A DNA stretch of 64,000 bases from Anthoceros angustus (Eukaryota; Plantae; Anthocerotophyta), in the NCBI GenBank assembly GCA_010909165.1, contig MU008167.1, forward strand, positions 930,001 through 994,000, written 5' to 3'. Both the position numbers and the translations under genes were made by a program. Each line of letters opens with the position of its first letter. Position 1 is the first letter of the stretch. The notes beneath the pieces are model-generated. The model was not told the origin of the DNA. It searched no databases and worked only from the letters and a program-made list of their open reading frames with translations. Shown one piece after another: positions 50,001 to 63,714 of the stretch.

Positions 50001-51640
50001 ATCATGTCATGTCGTATCTTGTCTGATTTCGCCTCGATGAGTAACTACTCCATGGCCTCGGTGGTTGTGGACCTCACGTCCATAGCACCTCTATCGAGAA
50101 TAGCACACAAGATGAATGAGTGACAATGGGCAAGCGGCTAGCGTTCGGTTGGGCCAGATTACATAGGTGTGTTGTTGCTTGTCAAGTCCGTATGCCTCGT
50201 TAGTCATCGCACCGCTCTTTTTGGGACTCAATTGGAGCCATGCTTGATGTGCTCGCTAGGTAATCAAAGGAGTCTCTGCATCGCATGAGAAAACATTCGA
50301 GAGTCGTAATGTAAAAGGCACAACAACTTCGGGGTGAAAGCGGTAGGATGTACACAAGTCCGATAAACGCGTTTTGATGGAAAGGGCGATGTCTCCTTCG
50401 AGCGTCTCAAAGCAGAACACGAAATCTATCAAGCAATTCATCCGGACATGCACGATCGAAGCGGTAAAGGCAAGGCTCACAGAGTTAATAGTGAAGGACT
50501 TTCTCGGAAACAATGCTTTCGCTCCCTTTTTTTTTAGTCTGATCACCAACAGAGGTCGGAGTTAACCAGCAAGTCACAAAGAGCAATGCGTTCAACACCA
50601 CTACCTAGAAAGCAATCCGGTTAGTACCTGACGTGGAGTTTTGTCCGGTCGATGATTTCTTGTTTAGTTCCCCACATCCTCATTCCGTTGTGTCCCAAAT
50701 AAAGTTTCAACTGACGAGTTGGGAGCGTTCCAAGCTCACCACCATCTGCAGCTTTCACATTTAAGAAGAACAGTTAGGATATGCTCTGAAAACGAGATCA
50801 GGCATCCAGATCCACCAAAAGAGAGTCAATGAAACAGTGGGAGAGTGAAGCATGCACGCCACATATTGGCAAACTTCAAGATCGTGAGTTTTAGCCTTTT
50901 AGGTCGACTGCTCGCATCTCTTCTCCTCCTCCTCCTCCTCCTCTTCTTCTTCTTCCTCGTCCCTTCTTCTTAGGTCCAACGCACCTCCATCGGGGTAGAA
51001 GCCATCAGTTCAAGTGGAAGATGACAGGTGAAAACATTACCACAGAATGAGAAGCGGTCTTAGTAGTACAACATACCAATCACCACGGGGAAGGGTAGAC
51101 GGACCTTCCAGTTGTTGCAAACTTCCTTTGGGTTGGAATCGTCGGCCTCGACCATTTGCGTGGGCGGTCGGGTCTCTGTGAGGCATCCTCATCAGCGAGT
51201 TCGAGTGCACGATGCTCGGGGTTGCTGAAATTGTTGCTTGAGCAGCTTTGGTTGTGAATTCCCATTGCGTGCCGACACGAGAAGTTGGAGCTTGTCTACT
51301 GTCGGTGGAGGTGTTGTTGCGATGTGATGAAGGCGGAGCACGGATCAAGATACTTCCAAAGATGAGTCCAAGAAGAGGAATTTGAGTGATTTATATCGAG
51401 GAGGCGGGCAAGCCCTTGGAAGGTCGAACCCATCGTCTTGTGATTGTCATGTTGTTCATGTTGTTGATCTTCTTGTTTGCTGTGGTAAGTGTTCACCATA
51501 GCGAGAGGTTGGAGCTTGTCTCTCCTTTGGAGTGCAGTTGCGAGATGGTGGATCGAACTCAACATTCTGTCGTACCTCAATTTGATCACATCTGGAGGCA
51601 ATGGCTGCGATTTCTGCTTCTTTGTTCTGCCTTGCGTCCC
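47060..51640 (-). pseudogene. Cassette gene copy 4 (close to copy 1): SAP1 exon lost, about 340-bp inversion, microsatellite inside an exon
   Basis: KALFPRKSFTIN; GDIALSIK; WYDDKERKFKAILDEKHKRG; SCGTWCGGQCRRHGK; DEQHITKRYINE; colinear with 1960-5840. Confidence 0.8.
48671..50020. repeat. 1.35-kb degenerate TA/TC/TG microsatellite (TATC, TGTATC, CATA variants)
   Basis: Direct inspection; it interrupts the LYKIHTLRQ exon homolog. Confidence 0.95.
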
Positions 51641-53060
51641 ACTCTTGGTAGTCTCATTGCGGTTTAGACAATCGAATTTCAGAAGCGTGGGTTACAAAGA
51701 CAATGGAGATTCCCGAGGTCAGGCTACAAGCTCTAGCGCAATCGAGCTTAACAGAGCTAGCGCTTCGAATTCACAGGGCTAGCGCTTCAAAACATGGGAT
51801 GCAGTCCTGGGCAAGAGTCCCGCCCGCCTTCATGTCAATATAAAGAGCTCCCGTCGTATCCACTCTTGCTGGGTTCCAGGTAACCCGCACTCGGGAAAAC
51901 TCGTGCCACATAAACAAAGGCGGCCCTCCGGCCGAGAGATGACATTGTATGGGGGTATTCCTGTCAGAACGTTAATTAATAACTTTCAATGCTTGCATCA
52001 AAGGGATGCTGGTTTGCCTGCAGGCTTGCTAGCAAGAGGGTTCAGGTTCGAGGTGGCTACTGAAGCTCCGAGAGGGAAGCTATACCTCGAGGGCTTTGGC
52101 GGGGTGTGTGGGGCCGGCTATCGTGCCTCTCGGCTGCCACTGTGGGGGAGGGTAGTTCTTTATATAATTTAGAAAATAGCAGGGGAAGGTTTCAGGACCC
52201 TTCGACAGGTGCCTTGGGCTGTTCTTGGAATGGTAGTGGTTAGCTTTGGATCTCACCGAAAGGGGTGGATCTGGCACCCCAGGCCCGCTGGGCTAGCTTG
52301 GCGGTTTTAACGGGAGTGTTATAAGATGGAGCTGCAGAGAGCCTGTGTTGGGTGTCCCTATCCGCCTTGTGGACGAGCCACTCTTCAAAGATCTGGTTAT
52401 TGTTGTTCCGTGTACAAATGGTTATGATGTGACTGCTTCTGTTGCTTTAGAAATGCTTGCGTTGATGGAGGGCCTACCGGTACCGGCTTGCAAGCCCTAC
52501 TAGAAATGGGCACCCTATGTTACACTTTATGTTAAGATTTGGACCCCTGGATGTAACACTCATGTTACAATTTTGGGGTCATGTAACACTTTTTGGGCCC
52601 CTTGTTACACTTTTGGCTTGGAAACCATACCACGGTACATTGTTGCAATCATGTTGCAATGGTGTTGCAATTATGTTAAGACGAAGTGAGAGGTGGTTTT
52701 GCCCTCTCTCAAAATTGCAACATGATTGCAACATCTAAAGTGTTACAAGAGAGGTCTTGTAACACTTTTGGAGGCTTGGTAGAACCTCCTCCCCATCCAC
52801 CATTGCCCTTTTACTTTTGCCCTTTGAAATACCACGTTTTACTTGGTAGTTACCACCGATACGCCCTTCAATACGACCATATACAAATACGTATCAATAC
52901 ATCCTTGTACTATCGCATGTAGTCTACGGTGATAAATGTAATGTATTATTCTAAGTGCTATACGGCGTATTCAATTTCATATAAAATAAGTTTGTATATT
53001 ACGCGTATTACGTCATGCATACATATTCATGATGCGATACTTTGTATTTACTATACGTGT

Positions 53061-56000
53061 AAATAGCGGCCCTTTATACCCCTACTTTATAGCATGCGCT
53101 TCGGTTTGTCCTTCCACGTCAACAATAGCCATCGGCTTCGCCATGGCGCCCAAGAAGATATTGTCCCCACCTATCACCTTATTGTGACGCATCAATGAGG
53201 TTATGCCCCTACAAGATTGTCTTGTCGGAGGAGATTTGGTATGCGGCTTATGCTTTTACGCCTCCATGTAAGGCACTTCCTACTCGTCATCGTATGCACC
53301 TACGAAACTTCCGCCTCCGTTCGATTCGCAATTTTCTTCTTCCCTCCCACTTGCGTTTGGCCAGGCAAGCTTTGCCACTTCCTCCGCTTCCTCCGCCTTG
53401 CAGGCATTGCACATACAAACCAGCATGGCCGTCATGAGTTATCCAGCGTTAATGGGTTTCCACAAAAGTCCATTTGCCTTACCTTCCCTCCAGTCCTCCT
53501 CTTTTCTTACGCCTTCTTCTGGACATTTTCCTCTTCCGTCCTCCTTCTTCCGGCGTGCCCTTGTCACTTGCCCACCGCCTCCTCTACTCCTCCTCCCGTT
53601 TTCCTCTTTCGGCCTCCACCCTTTATCACAGGTGGCGTTGCCTCAACTGGGGCTCCACTATGCAGGTCCATGCTCTCAGCATCCGAGGCTGCAAGGTATG
53701 TGTCTGGCACGAAATTAGGCACATCGTCCTCTTCGCCTCCTCTGCTGCGTCCATGTTCTCTGCAGCGTCCCCCGTCCTGTCCCCCCCGGCCTCCATCGGC
53801 ATTGGCCTTTTGCGATATCATGCATGTTGCCCTCTTAGTCCTCCTTCATTCTCTCTCCCCTCGACATCGCCTCATGTTTTCACGCTTTTGCCCCACCATG
53901 GCTGCTGGGTGATCCACTCGTCGTCCTCCGCCACCCGCTCCTCCTAGTCCCCTGCGATTTTTGGCTGTCCATAGTGCACACAAGTGTGTTTCTTCCGTGA
54001 CGGTTCTGCCCCTCCGTGCTCCACCACCCGACTCACCGCCTCCACACACCTTGTTCCCCCGCCTCCATCGGCGTCGTCACTCCATCTGATCCCAACGGCC
54101 TCCACCCTCCCCATACATGGCCGTCACTGGCGGTCTCGGGCACCCTCCACCTCTTTTCCATTATTTGCTTGCTGCCCACCGCCTCCACACACCTTGTTCC
54201 CCTCCATTGACCCCAATCCGGGCATGCACCAACCTAGGCAATCGTGGTGTCGCGGCACCACAATTTACTGCTCACTCGGTTCCCCTCCGCCTCCCTCGCA
54301 TGCTTCCTCAAGAGCGCCTCCCGTCTCCACTTCCCGCTCCTTGTTCATCGTCACCTTTCCCCATTCAAAGTCCGTTGTCCCTCGCCCTCCGGCCTCCTTC
54401 CTCCCAAGCCCCTTCCGCCATTCCTTGATAGCCTCTCGTCGTCCATGTCACCACCTCGTGCACCATCGTTGCCTCCCACCCCTTCCTTCCGTCGTCTCGG
54501 AAGGCCACCATATCGGATCCATCTTCAATTCAATGTCGTTAAGCAAAATGGTCATTTCCTTGTTCTCCTTGCAATAGCGAACCTCTAGGATCTTTTCATA
54601 CACTCCCTATCTTACCTGTTGAAGGAACTCGGCACGTAACCCCACTATCGCCTTTCACGATTTCCACCCTTTCCCTTCTAGCAATCAGCCACCGTCCTCG
54701 AAGGTTGCCTCCCTTGTCTCAAGCTTGAATGCACGCCGCATGCAGTGCACATGTGTTACCCGTTTGTCCACCATGCCCACTCATCCGCCCGCAAACTTGA
54801 GCGTGTGCACACTTTGCCGGCGTCACTTGCCGTTAACGCAGTGCGAAACCCACCTCATCCAATGTAAATAGCGGCCCTTTATACCCCTACTTTATAGCAT
54901 GCGCTTCGGTTTGTCCTTCCACGTCAACAATAGCCATCGGCTTCGCCATGGCGCCCAAGAAGATATTGTCCCCACCTATCACCTTATTGTGACGCATCAC
55001 GTGAGGTTATGCCCCTACAAGATTGTCTTTGTGCGGAGGAGATTTGGTATGCGGCTTATGCTTTTACGCCTCCATGTAAGGCACTTCCTACTATCGTATG
55101 CACCTACAGGAAACTTCCGCCCTCCCGTTCGATTCGCAATTTTCTTCTTCCCCTCCCACTTGCGTTTGGCCGAGGCAAGCTTTGCCACTTCCTCCGCTTC
55201 CCTCCGCCTTCAGGCACACATTGCACATACAAACCAGCATGGCCGTCATGAGTTATCCAGTTAATGGGTTTCGGCCAAAGCATCCATTTGCCTTCCCTCC
55301 GGTCCCTCCTCTTTTCTTACGCCCTTCTTGCTGGACATTTTCCTCTTCCGTCCTCCTTCTTCCGGTGTGGCGTGCCCTTGTCACTTGCCCACCGTGCCTC
55401 CTCTACTCCTCCTCCCGTTTTCCTCTTTCGGCCTCCACCCTTTATCAGTGGCATTGCCTCAACGGGCTCCACTATGCAGTCCATGCTCTCGGCATCCAGG
55501 GTATGTGTCGCAAATTAGGCACATCGTCCTCTTCACACCTGCCTCCTGCTGCGTCCATGTTCTCTGCAGCGTCCCCCCCGTCCCCCGGCCTCCATCTGCA
55601 TTGGCCTTTGATATCAAGCACTGCATGTTGCCCTCTTAGTCCTCCTTCATTCTCTCTCCCCTCGACATCGCCTCATGTTCGTTCTGGCGCCTTTTGCCCT
55701 GCCCACCATGGCTGCTGGGTGATCCACTCTCGTCCTCCGCCACCCGCTCCTCCTAGTCCCCTGCGATTTTTGGCTGTCCATAGTGCACACAAGTGTGTTT
55801 CTTCCGTGACGTTGTTGCCCCTCCGTGCTCCACCACCCGACTCACCGCCTCCACACACCTTGTTCCGCCCTCCGCCGTCGTCACTCCATCTCGATCCCAA
55901 CGGCCTCCACCCTCCCCATACATGGCCGTCACACAGCGGTCTCGGGCACCCTCCACCTCTTTTCCATTATTTGCTTGCTGCCCACCGACCCTCGTTGCCT

Positions 56001-56662
56001 CCATTGACCCCAATCCGGGCATGCACCAACCACTAGGCAATCGTGGTGTCGCGGCACCACAATATAAATCCACACCTCACTCGGTTCCCCTCCGCTGCCT
56101 CCCTCATGCTTCCTCAAGACCGCCTCCAGTCTCCACTTCCCTCCTTGTTCATCGTCACCTTTCCCCATTCAAAGTCCGTCGTTGTCCCTCGCCCCTCGGC
56201 CTCCTTCCTCCCAAGCCCCTTCCGCCATTCCTTGATAGCCTCTCGTCGTCCATGTCACCACCTCGTGCACCATCGTTGCCTCCCACCCCTTCCTTCCGTC
56301 GTCTCGGAAAGGCCACCATATCGGATCCATCTTCAATTCAATGTCGTTAAGCAAAATGGTCATTTCCTTGTTCTCCTTGCAATAGCGAACCTCTAGGATC
56401 TTTTCATACACTCCCTATCTTACTGAAGGAACTCGCCTAACCCCACTATCGCCTTTCACGATTTCCACCCTTTCCCTTCTAGCAATCGCCACCGTCCTCG
56501 AAGGTTGCCTCCCTTGTCTCAAGCTTGAATGCTGCATGCAGTGCACATGTGTTACCCGTTTGTCCACCATGCCCACTCATCGCTGCAAACTTGAGCGTGT
56601 GCACACTTTGCCGGCGTCACTTGCCGTTAACGCAGTCTGCGAAACCCACCTCATCCAATGCG
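53061..56662. repeat. Tandem duplication 53061-54865 / 54866-56662
   Basis: Near-identical copies; AAATAGC microhomology. Confidence 0.88.
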
Positions 56663-59324
56663 AAATAGCTCTTCATCTATTTCCTTCACTTCCGTGCTCC
56701 AACTCCGCATCCGTCGGCTGGGAGGTTCCACGTCTCAAAGTCGTCAAAATCAAGTTTGGGCTCGGTGGCCCCTCGCCTCTTACCTCTCGAGTCTTGACGA
56801 GGAGGCCGCTTCTTCACATCGCCGATGTCGAATGGAGACAGCCGCTGGGTGCGGTGGATGAGCGAGATAGCCCGAGGCCATTTGGCCCCTCATCCTCCCC
56901 ACCCAGATCGGTTCGTGGCCGGCACGTCCAACTATGGTGTTCGCGCCGCCGTACGTGACTCCCTAGCAAGCTTCACCTCGCCATACTCCCCATCCTGCGA
57001 ACCGGTTGTCCACCACCTTCGTGCCATCAAGGCAATGGCTTCCTCTCGTGAAAGGTGCCAGCCATGAGTCCTACCGAATTCAAGGCTGCTATTTTGAAAA
57101 GCTTTGTTTGCAAAGGCCCGGTGGTTGTCATTTACTCCTCTTGGCCGGGATGATATTGTGCACATGCTACTTGCCCATAATCGAACAATTTTCGACCACA
57201 ACCTTGCGGACTTGGGAGCAAGTTTCATGTCCCATTGGTTACTGTCGTTACTCATGATGTATTATATTGCCCACATGGCGCACGCTCTCAATGCGCCCAT
57301 TCGCATTTTACCATTAATCATCGTCTTCCGACCAAAGATTGCCTTGTGCATCCGGAGGGAGGAGACAATAGACTATAGCATGCAAACCAATCACCATACA
57401 TGATTTATTCCACTTTCTCTGCGAGTAGCGTGCGCGGTGACTTGTCATGTCGGTCAACGGTATGGACGGGCACCAAACCATACCCATCCATTCCGCAGAC
57501 AAAGGCAGTCATCGAGTTTTATTGCGTGACATGGGAAGTACAAGTAGTGATCAAGGATGAAGGACTTTCCCATCCCAATGTTTAATTACGGTAAGCATAT
57601 GTCCCACATTGTGAGGTATAAACCGTCCCTGCTCACACGACGTGCCCAGGCGGCAAGAGCCAAGGGACGATGGCCCCTCCATACCAGTCCTTGATGGTAG
57701 GGGAGAGCAACCTCCCATCCATCATCCTCGATGGCCATCGTCATTGACAGAATTGCAGCCCTTGTCCTTAATGGCCATCGTCGGTTTCCACCAGCAACAA
57801 TAATGTGCACACATACGCAATGATCCACAAAGCAGACACAGTCGGGCGGGTGGCGGTTTTGACTTATCAATTCCACAAACACTTTAGCCTGCGCATGGAC
57901 TTGTAGGTAGGCGAATAGGGCCAAAAAGTGTTCACATCCGGCCTCACAGAACCCCAGCCATACCGTGTGTGGTCACGAACACCATGCCCGCACCATGTGG
58001 AAGGAACCACCTCGCCACCGAGCAGCAAGTCCCCACGAGGATAGCCACGATGAACAGCTGCTCACGCCATGAGGCGGTGACACCGCCTCCAACCTTTGCA
58101 AAGGATCCTTGATGGCCATCACGATTTCTAGTTGTGCACCAAGATGGAGACATGAACACACGCCTCGTGGTGCGAACTACCACTCCACGCCCATTTAGGT
58201 TTCCGACGGAAGCTAGCTCGACATCGTCAACATGTCCGTCATACATGGCATAAGGTAGCAAGGAGCGCAGGCATGTTTCGAAGACAGGCTCGCCATGCGA
58301 GGATGACCAAGAGAAAGGTAGTAGCGTGAAGCGAGGGCAAGGTGGTGACATTTAAAGCGGACCACCACCTTCTCTGACCTCTTGTGCCCCAGCCACATCG
58401 GGTTGCGGATGAGAGGATCTTGAATTTCAACTTCCTTACATGTGACAAACCAAACATGGCGGCTTTGATGGTACCGTCGACCAACGATGGATTCTTTGGT
58501 AAATGCAATGAGTGTGAAGTGGCGCGCCATAAAGGAGCCGGAATGCGAGTTTGTTTTCATGTCTCCTAAGGGCTGGAAATCCTTTCTGACGGTGCGCCAT
58601 AGTGACGCCGTCGAGCCGTCACCTAGCATGGTGCCGGATGGCGTGAATACATTACGTTACGCCATGTGATGGCGCATGATTGGTGGAGAGCGAATGGGAG
58701 TCTCGAGCGATGGACATCATTATCTAGGAGAAGCGGAATTGGCATATATGGCAAATTCACATACGGTCCTTCATTCATGGCATAATGAAAGGGGGCATTT
58801 AGTTTGCTTGAATGGCTCTCACGTGCCACCCACCGTCCTTGCACAATGGTGTAGATGTTGATATAGATTATTACCGAAACAGTGGAACAGCGCGTCTGTC
58901 AGTTCAAACGACCTTCAGACGTGGCATGTTTTCTTCCATGCCATGAGTTTTCAATTATTCTAATGGCTTGCACCCACCTTCCTTGGACCATGGTGGAGGG
59001 GAGAATTTTATTTGAGAGAAAGGGAACCATTGTCCTTGGTTCATGGCAGGTTGTAAGATGGCCATGACCTTGTCATGGCATGGCACTTCCTTGGTCATCG
59101 CCACTCGAAATCGCATTGCAAACACTTGTCCTTGGGTCACGAAATGGTCATAAAAAGCGGGGACTATATATGGCATGCATGGAGGAATGGCATCGTGGAC
59201 AAGGAAGGTTTCGTGTTTGTGCACTGCAAACACAGTGGTGAGGAAGGTGGCATGGCAAGGCAAGGAGCCAGGCATGGCATGCCACGTAGTCCCCCCTTGG
59301 ATGGAAGCACGGCGAAGGATGGTC

Positions 59325-60130
59325 CTAGCGGCAAGTGAGGTGGGCACGCCTGGAGAATGCGGATTCAAGCGAAGTGGAGGGTGGATGATCATCGTGGGCG
59401 GGAGGCGGCGAGAGAGGTGTCGGGTCTTTGGAGGGGAGCAACTTGCCGGTGGAGTCTGCGCCAAAGAGGAGGGCGATCTTAAGCGGCCGCAAGGGAGTGG
59501 GTGTCTCTAATAGGTGGGAGCTAACTGGGCTTGCTGCAGGAGAGAATCCAAAACTTTCGGAGGAGGAATCGCCAGGCCGTGACATCGGGAGGAGGAGGAA
59601 TTTGGCGTGAGTCAGGAGAAAGAGGACTGTGGTGATCGGGAGGAGCATGGTGGTGCTGCCCAAGAGGCCGGCCGTGTGGTGGCGAGAGAGAGGCCATTGG
59701 TCTTGTGGACCTTCTTGGATGGAAGCACGAAGGATGGTCCTAGCGGCAAGTGAGGTGGGCACTGTGGAGAATGCGGATTCAAGCGAAGTGGAGGGTGGAT
59801 GATCATCGCGTGGGCGGGAGGCGGCGAGAGAGGTGTCGGGTCTGGAGGGGAGCAACTTCCAGCAGCGGTGGAGTCTGCGCCAAAGAGGAGGACGATCTTG
59901 AGAAAGCGGCCGCAAGTGGGTGTCTCTAATAGGTGGGAGCTAAGCTGCTTCTGCAGGAGAGAATCCAAAACTTTCGGAGGAGGAATGCCGGGTGACATCG
60001 GAGGAGGAGAATTTGGCGTGAGTCAGGAGAAAGAGGGCTGTGGTGATCGGGAGGAGCATGGTGGTGCGAGGCCGACCGTGTGGTGGCGAGAGAGAGGCCA
60101 TTGGTCTTGTGGACCTTCTCGGTGGCGATG
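59325..60130. repeat. About 400-bp tandem repeat x2 in the CACTA cargo
   Basis: GGATGGAAGCAC..GAAGGATGGTCCTAGCGGCAAGTGAGG blocks at about 59300 and 59720, with colinear continuation. Confidence 0.8.
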
Positions 60131-60734
60131 GATAACCCCAACAACGTGGGAGGAGGATGCCTGTGGAGGAGGAAACTGCCACAGGAGTGGAGGCGGTCTC
60201 GAGGAGGCGGTTGCGGAGGCGGGCCAAGGCAGCGTGCATATGATGGTCGGAGGACGGTGAGGAGAAGGACACCAGTGGCGGCAATGATGGGGAAAGCGCA
60301 AGGAGGCGGATGTGGAGATGGCGGATGATGAGGTGGAGGCGACATACACTGCCACTACGAAATTGGAGAATTGATGGAGCGGTTGGCGGTAAGCCACTAG
60401 GCAGCGTCATTGCCGTGTTGTCTGTGCATGGGCGTGGTGGAGTGTACATGGCTGTGAGCGGTTATGCGATGGAGGTTGGGTGGAGAATGAGGAGTTGGTG
60501 GTTGGTGCGGCGTGGTGATATGTAGGACGTGAGCTCTAAGTGATGTGTGTGCATGACTGCGGGGAAGAAGGAAGGAAAGGCGGTGGAAGGTGAAGGCCAT
60601 GTCGAAGGAAGGCACGGATACTAGTGGAGAGAAGGAAGATGGAGGAAAGGTGGCAAGCAGGCGTCACCGTCAAGTGATCTTGGAGGCAACGTAGATGGTG
60701 GGGAACACGGATGTGGGAGCGAGGCTGGAGAGAT

Positions 60735-62979
60735 GGTGGGGAACACGGATGTGGGAGCGGGAGCCTGGAGAGATGGTGGGGAACTGGATGGATGAGAGAA
60801 TGCGGAGCGCATGCGAATGCAACTGGAAAACAACGTGGCGGTGGGCCGTTTGTGGAGGGAATGTGAATGTTGAGCCATTTTCTTGCGAGCCGGAGTCGCC
60901 AATGTGGGTGGACCGGTGATGGTCAATCGGCAAGCAGATGGAATTGGTATTCCCACCTTTATAGCCTAGCATTTACAGGGTCCTTCGCCGTGAAAGTGGT
61001 GATTGAGGCCGGATAGGTCTAGGAAGTTGTGGAGGAACCACGAAAACAATGGTGTTGGTCAAGAGTCACCAAGTGGCGTAAGGGTTAGCACATATATATA
61101 TCACTTGGAAGACGTACATGTTTGTAGATAAAGCCAATTGCATCGGTGGCAACAAAGCCACGATCTTTGAAGGGATAGAGGACGCTTGAACTCCAAAATT
61201 CCAATTAATTTGTCAATAAAATCAAACACTTATATATGCAAGGTATGAGAGTGACGTAAGGGTTAGCACATATATATTACTATATAAACAAGTCTTGATG
61301 CCTATATACATATATACGTATACAAAGAGGCATATAAATACACTAATATAATATAAGTATAATGATGGATGTGTACATATATGTACACATACTTATGTCT
61401 TGAAGCCTATATACATATATATGTATACAAAGGTATATGCAAAGGAGGTAAAATAGGAAGGAAGGACAGCCCCAGGGAGAGAGAGGTCCTTGTAACAAGC
61501 ATGTTGCAAGAGGAAGAGGAAGAGTATAAAATGGTTGTGATAGGGGAGGTCCTTCTCATCATGATGGAGGAGGAGAAGTGAAAGAGTATAAAAGGGTGTG
61601 ATAAGGGGCAATAAATAGCGAGGTGAGGTGAGAGGAGAGAGACCAAGCATTGTGTTAAGATGGGGTGAGAAGGTGGATAAGAAAGGACACCGAACACCAA
61701 GCCACCATAAAGTGTTGCAATTTTGAAGTGGTACATGAAGTGAGAGACCAAGCATTGTGTTAGGATGGTGGGAGAAGGAAGAGAAAAATGGACCAACTTA
61801 ACACCAAGCCATCAAAACATGTTGCAAGTTGGAAGTGTTACATAAAATTGTAACAAGGGTGGTGGGGAACGGATGTGGGAGCGGGAGCCTGGAGAGATGG
61901 TGGGGAACTGGATGGATGAGAGAATGCGGGCGCATGCAATGCAGAAAACAACCGTGGCGGTGGGCCGTTTGTGGAGGGAATGTGAATGTTGAGCCATTTT
62001 CTTGCGTGAGTCGCCAATGCGTGGTGGACCGGTGATGGTCAATCGGCAACAAGCAGATGGAATTGGTATTCCCACCTTTATAGCCTAGCATTCTGAGGGT
62101 CCTTCGCCGTGAAAGTGGTGATTGAGGCCGGATAGGTCTAGGAAGTTGTGGAGGAACCACGAAAACAATGGTGTTGGTCAAGAGTCACCAAGTGGCGTGC
62201 AAGAGCATATATATATATCTTGGAAGACGTACATGTTTGTAGATAAAGCCAATTGCATCGTGGCAACAAAGCCACGATCTTTGAAGGGATAGAGGACGCT
62301 TGAACTATCCAAAATTCCAATTAATTTGTCAATAAAATCAAACACTTATATATGCAAGGTATGAGAGGTAGTAAGGGTTAGCACATATATATTACTATAT
62401 AAACAAGTCTTGATGCCTATATACATACATATATACGTATACAAAGGAGGCATATAAATACACTAATATAATAGAAGTATAACGGATGGATGTGTACATA
62501 TATGTACACATACTTATGTCTTGAAGCCTATATACATATATATGTATACAAAGGTATATGCAAAGGAGGTAAAATAGGAAGGAAGGACCCAGAGAGAGGT
62601 CCTTGTTACAATCATGTTGCAAGAGGAAGAGGGAAGAGTATAAAATGGTTGTGATAGGGGAGGTCCTTCTCACGGTCATGAAGGAGGAGAAGTGAAAGAG
62701 TATAAAAGGGTGTGATAAGGGGCAATAAATAGCGAGGTGAGGTGAGAGGAGAGAGACCAAGCATTGTGTTAAGATGGGGTGAGAAGGTGGATAAGAAAGG
62801 ACACCGAACACCAAGCCACCATAAAGTGTTGCAATTTTGAAGTGGTACATGAAGTGAGAGACCAAGCATTGTGTTAGGATGGTGGGAGAAGGAAGAGAAA
62901 AATGGACCAACTTAACACCAAGCCATCAAAACATGTTGCAAGTTGGAAGTGTTACATAAAATTGCAACACGTAATAAGG
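60735..62979. repeat. Tandem duplication about 60735-61857 / 61858-62979
   Basis: Near-identical copies; GGTGGGGAA at the junctions. Confidence 0.85.
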
Positions 62980-63357
62980 CGGTGGGGAAATTATTAATAA
63001 TGCTTGTGAGAGAGGGGTGTACCGGAAGGGTGAGGTGGGGAAGAGAGTGCCGAGTTCGTGTTAAGATGGCAGCAGACGAGAACTAACAAACTTAATACCA
63101 AGCCTCCAAAACATGTTGCAATGTGGAAGTGTAACAAAAAATTGCAACATCGACTGTAACATGGGGTGCCCTTTTCTAGTAGGGAAGAGAACCTCGGCAA
63201 CCAGAGCTAGCCTCAGCTGACCACACTATGGCACTTATCCCACGGTCGTTCAGTACGTAGGTTCGATTTCAAGAGAGATTTTAAATCCCCAAGCGCAGCG
63301 TCAATGATGACCCCCCTTCTTCAATTTTCTATCACTCGGCTTCCTTCTTCAAACCTC

Positions 63358-63537
63358 TATCACTCAGCTTTCAATTCTTCCTCTGTCACTCAGCTTTCAA
63401 TTCTTCCAATATCACTCAGCTTTCAATTCTTCCTCTGTCACTCAGCTTTCAATTCTTCCAATATCACTCAGCTTTCAATTCTTCCTCTATCACTCAGCTT
63501 TCAATTCTTCCTCTATCACTCAGCTTTCAATTCTTGA
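63358..63537. repeat. 26-bp minisatellite x7
   Basis: CACTCAGCTTTCAATTCTTCC(TCTGT/AATAT/TCTAT) units. Confidence 0.92.
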
Positions 63538-63714
63538 GCTCTTTGTCCCCTATCCACAAGAAGGCACAACTCTCCACCCCCGATACGGGGGAACATCCTA
63601 GGTTAGAGTATCCCACCAACCATGCGGACACTCCTCCTTCCTTTTATGGCCAACATAATCCGGGCTGCGCAGCACCCCTCAGCCCCAGGCGCGACCTCAT
63701 ACATGATGCTGAAT

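Larger units (their letters stand above)
52495..63184 (-). mobile_element. 10.7-kb CACTA/EnSpm-type element with CCCTA termini; no recognisable TnpD transposase
   Basis: TIRs CCCTACTAGAAATGGGCACCCTATGTTACA and (reverse complement) CCCTACTAGAAAAGGGCACCCCATGTTACA. 3-bp TSD AAG at 52492-52494 and 63185-63187. Clustered subterminal TGTTGCAA/TGTTACA repeats at both ends. Confidence 0.85.

Noticed and set aside
51830-52494. Possible LTR or promoter region continuing after the CACTA element (63188 onward)
   Set aside because: It has a TATA-like box but no second copy, termini, PBS or TSD in the window.
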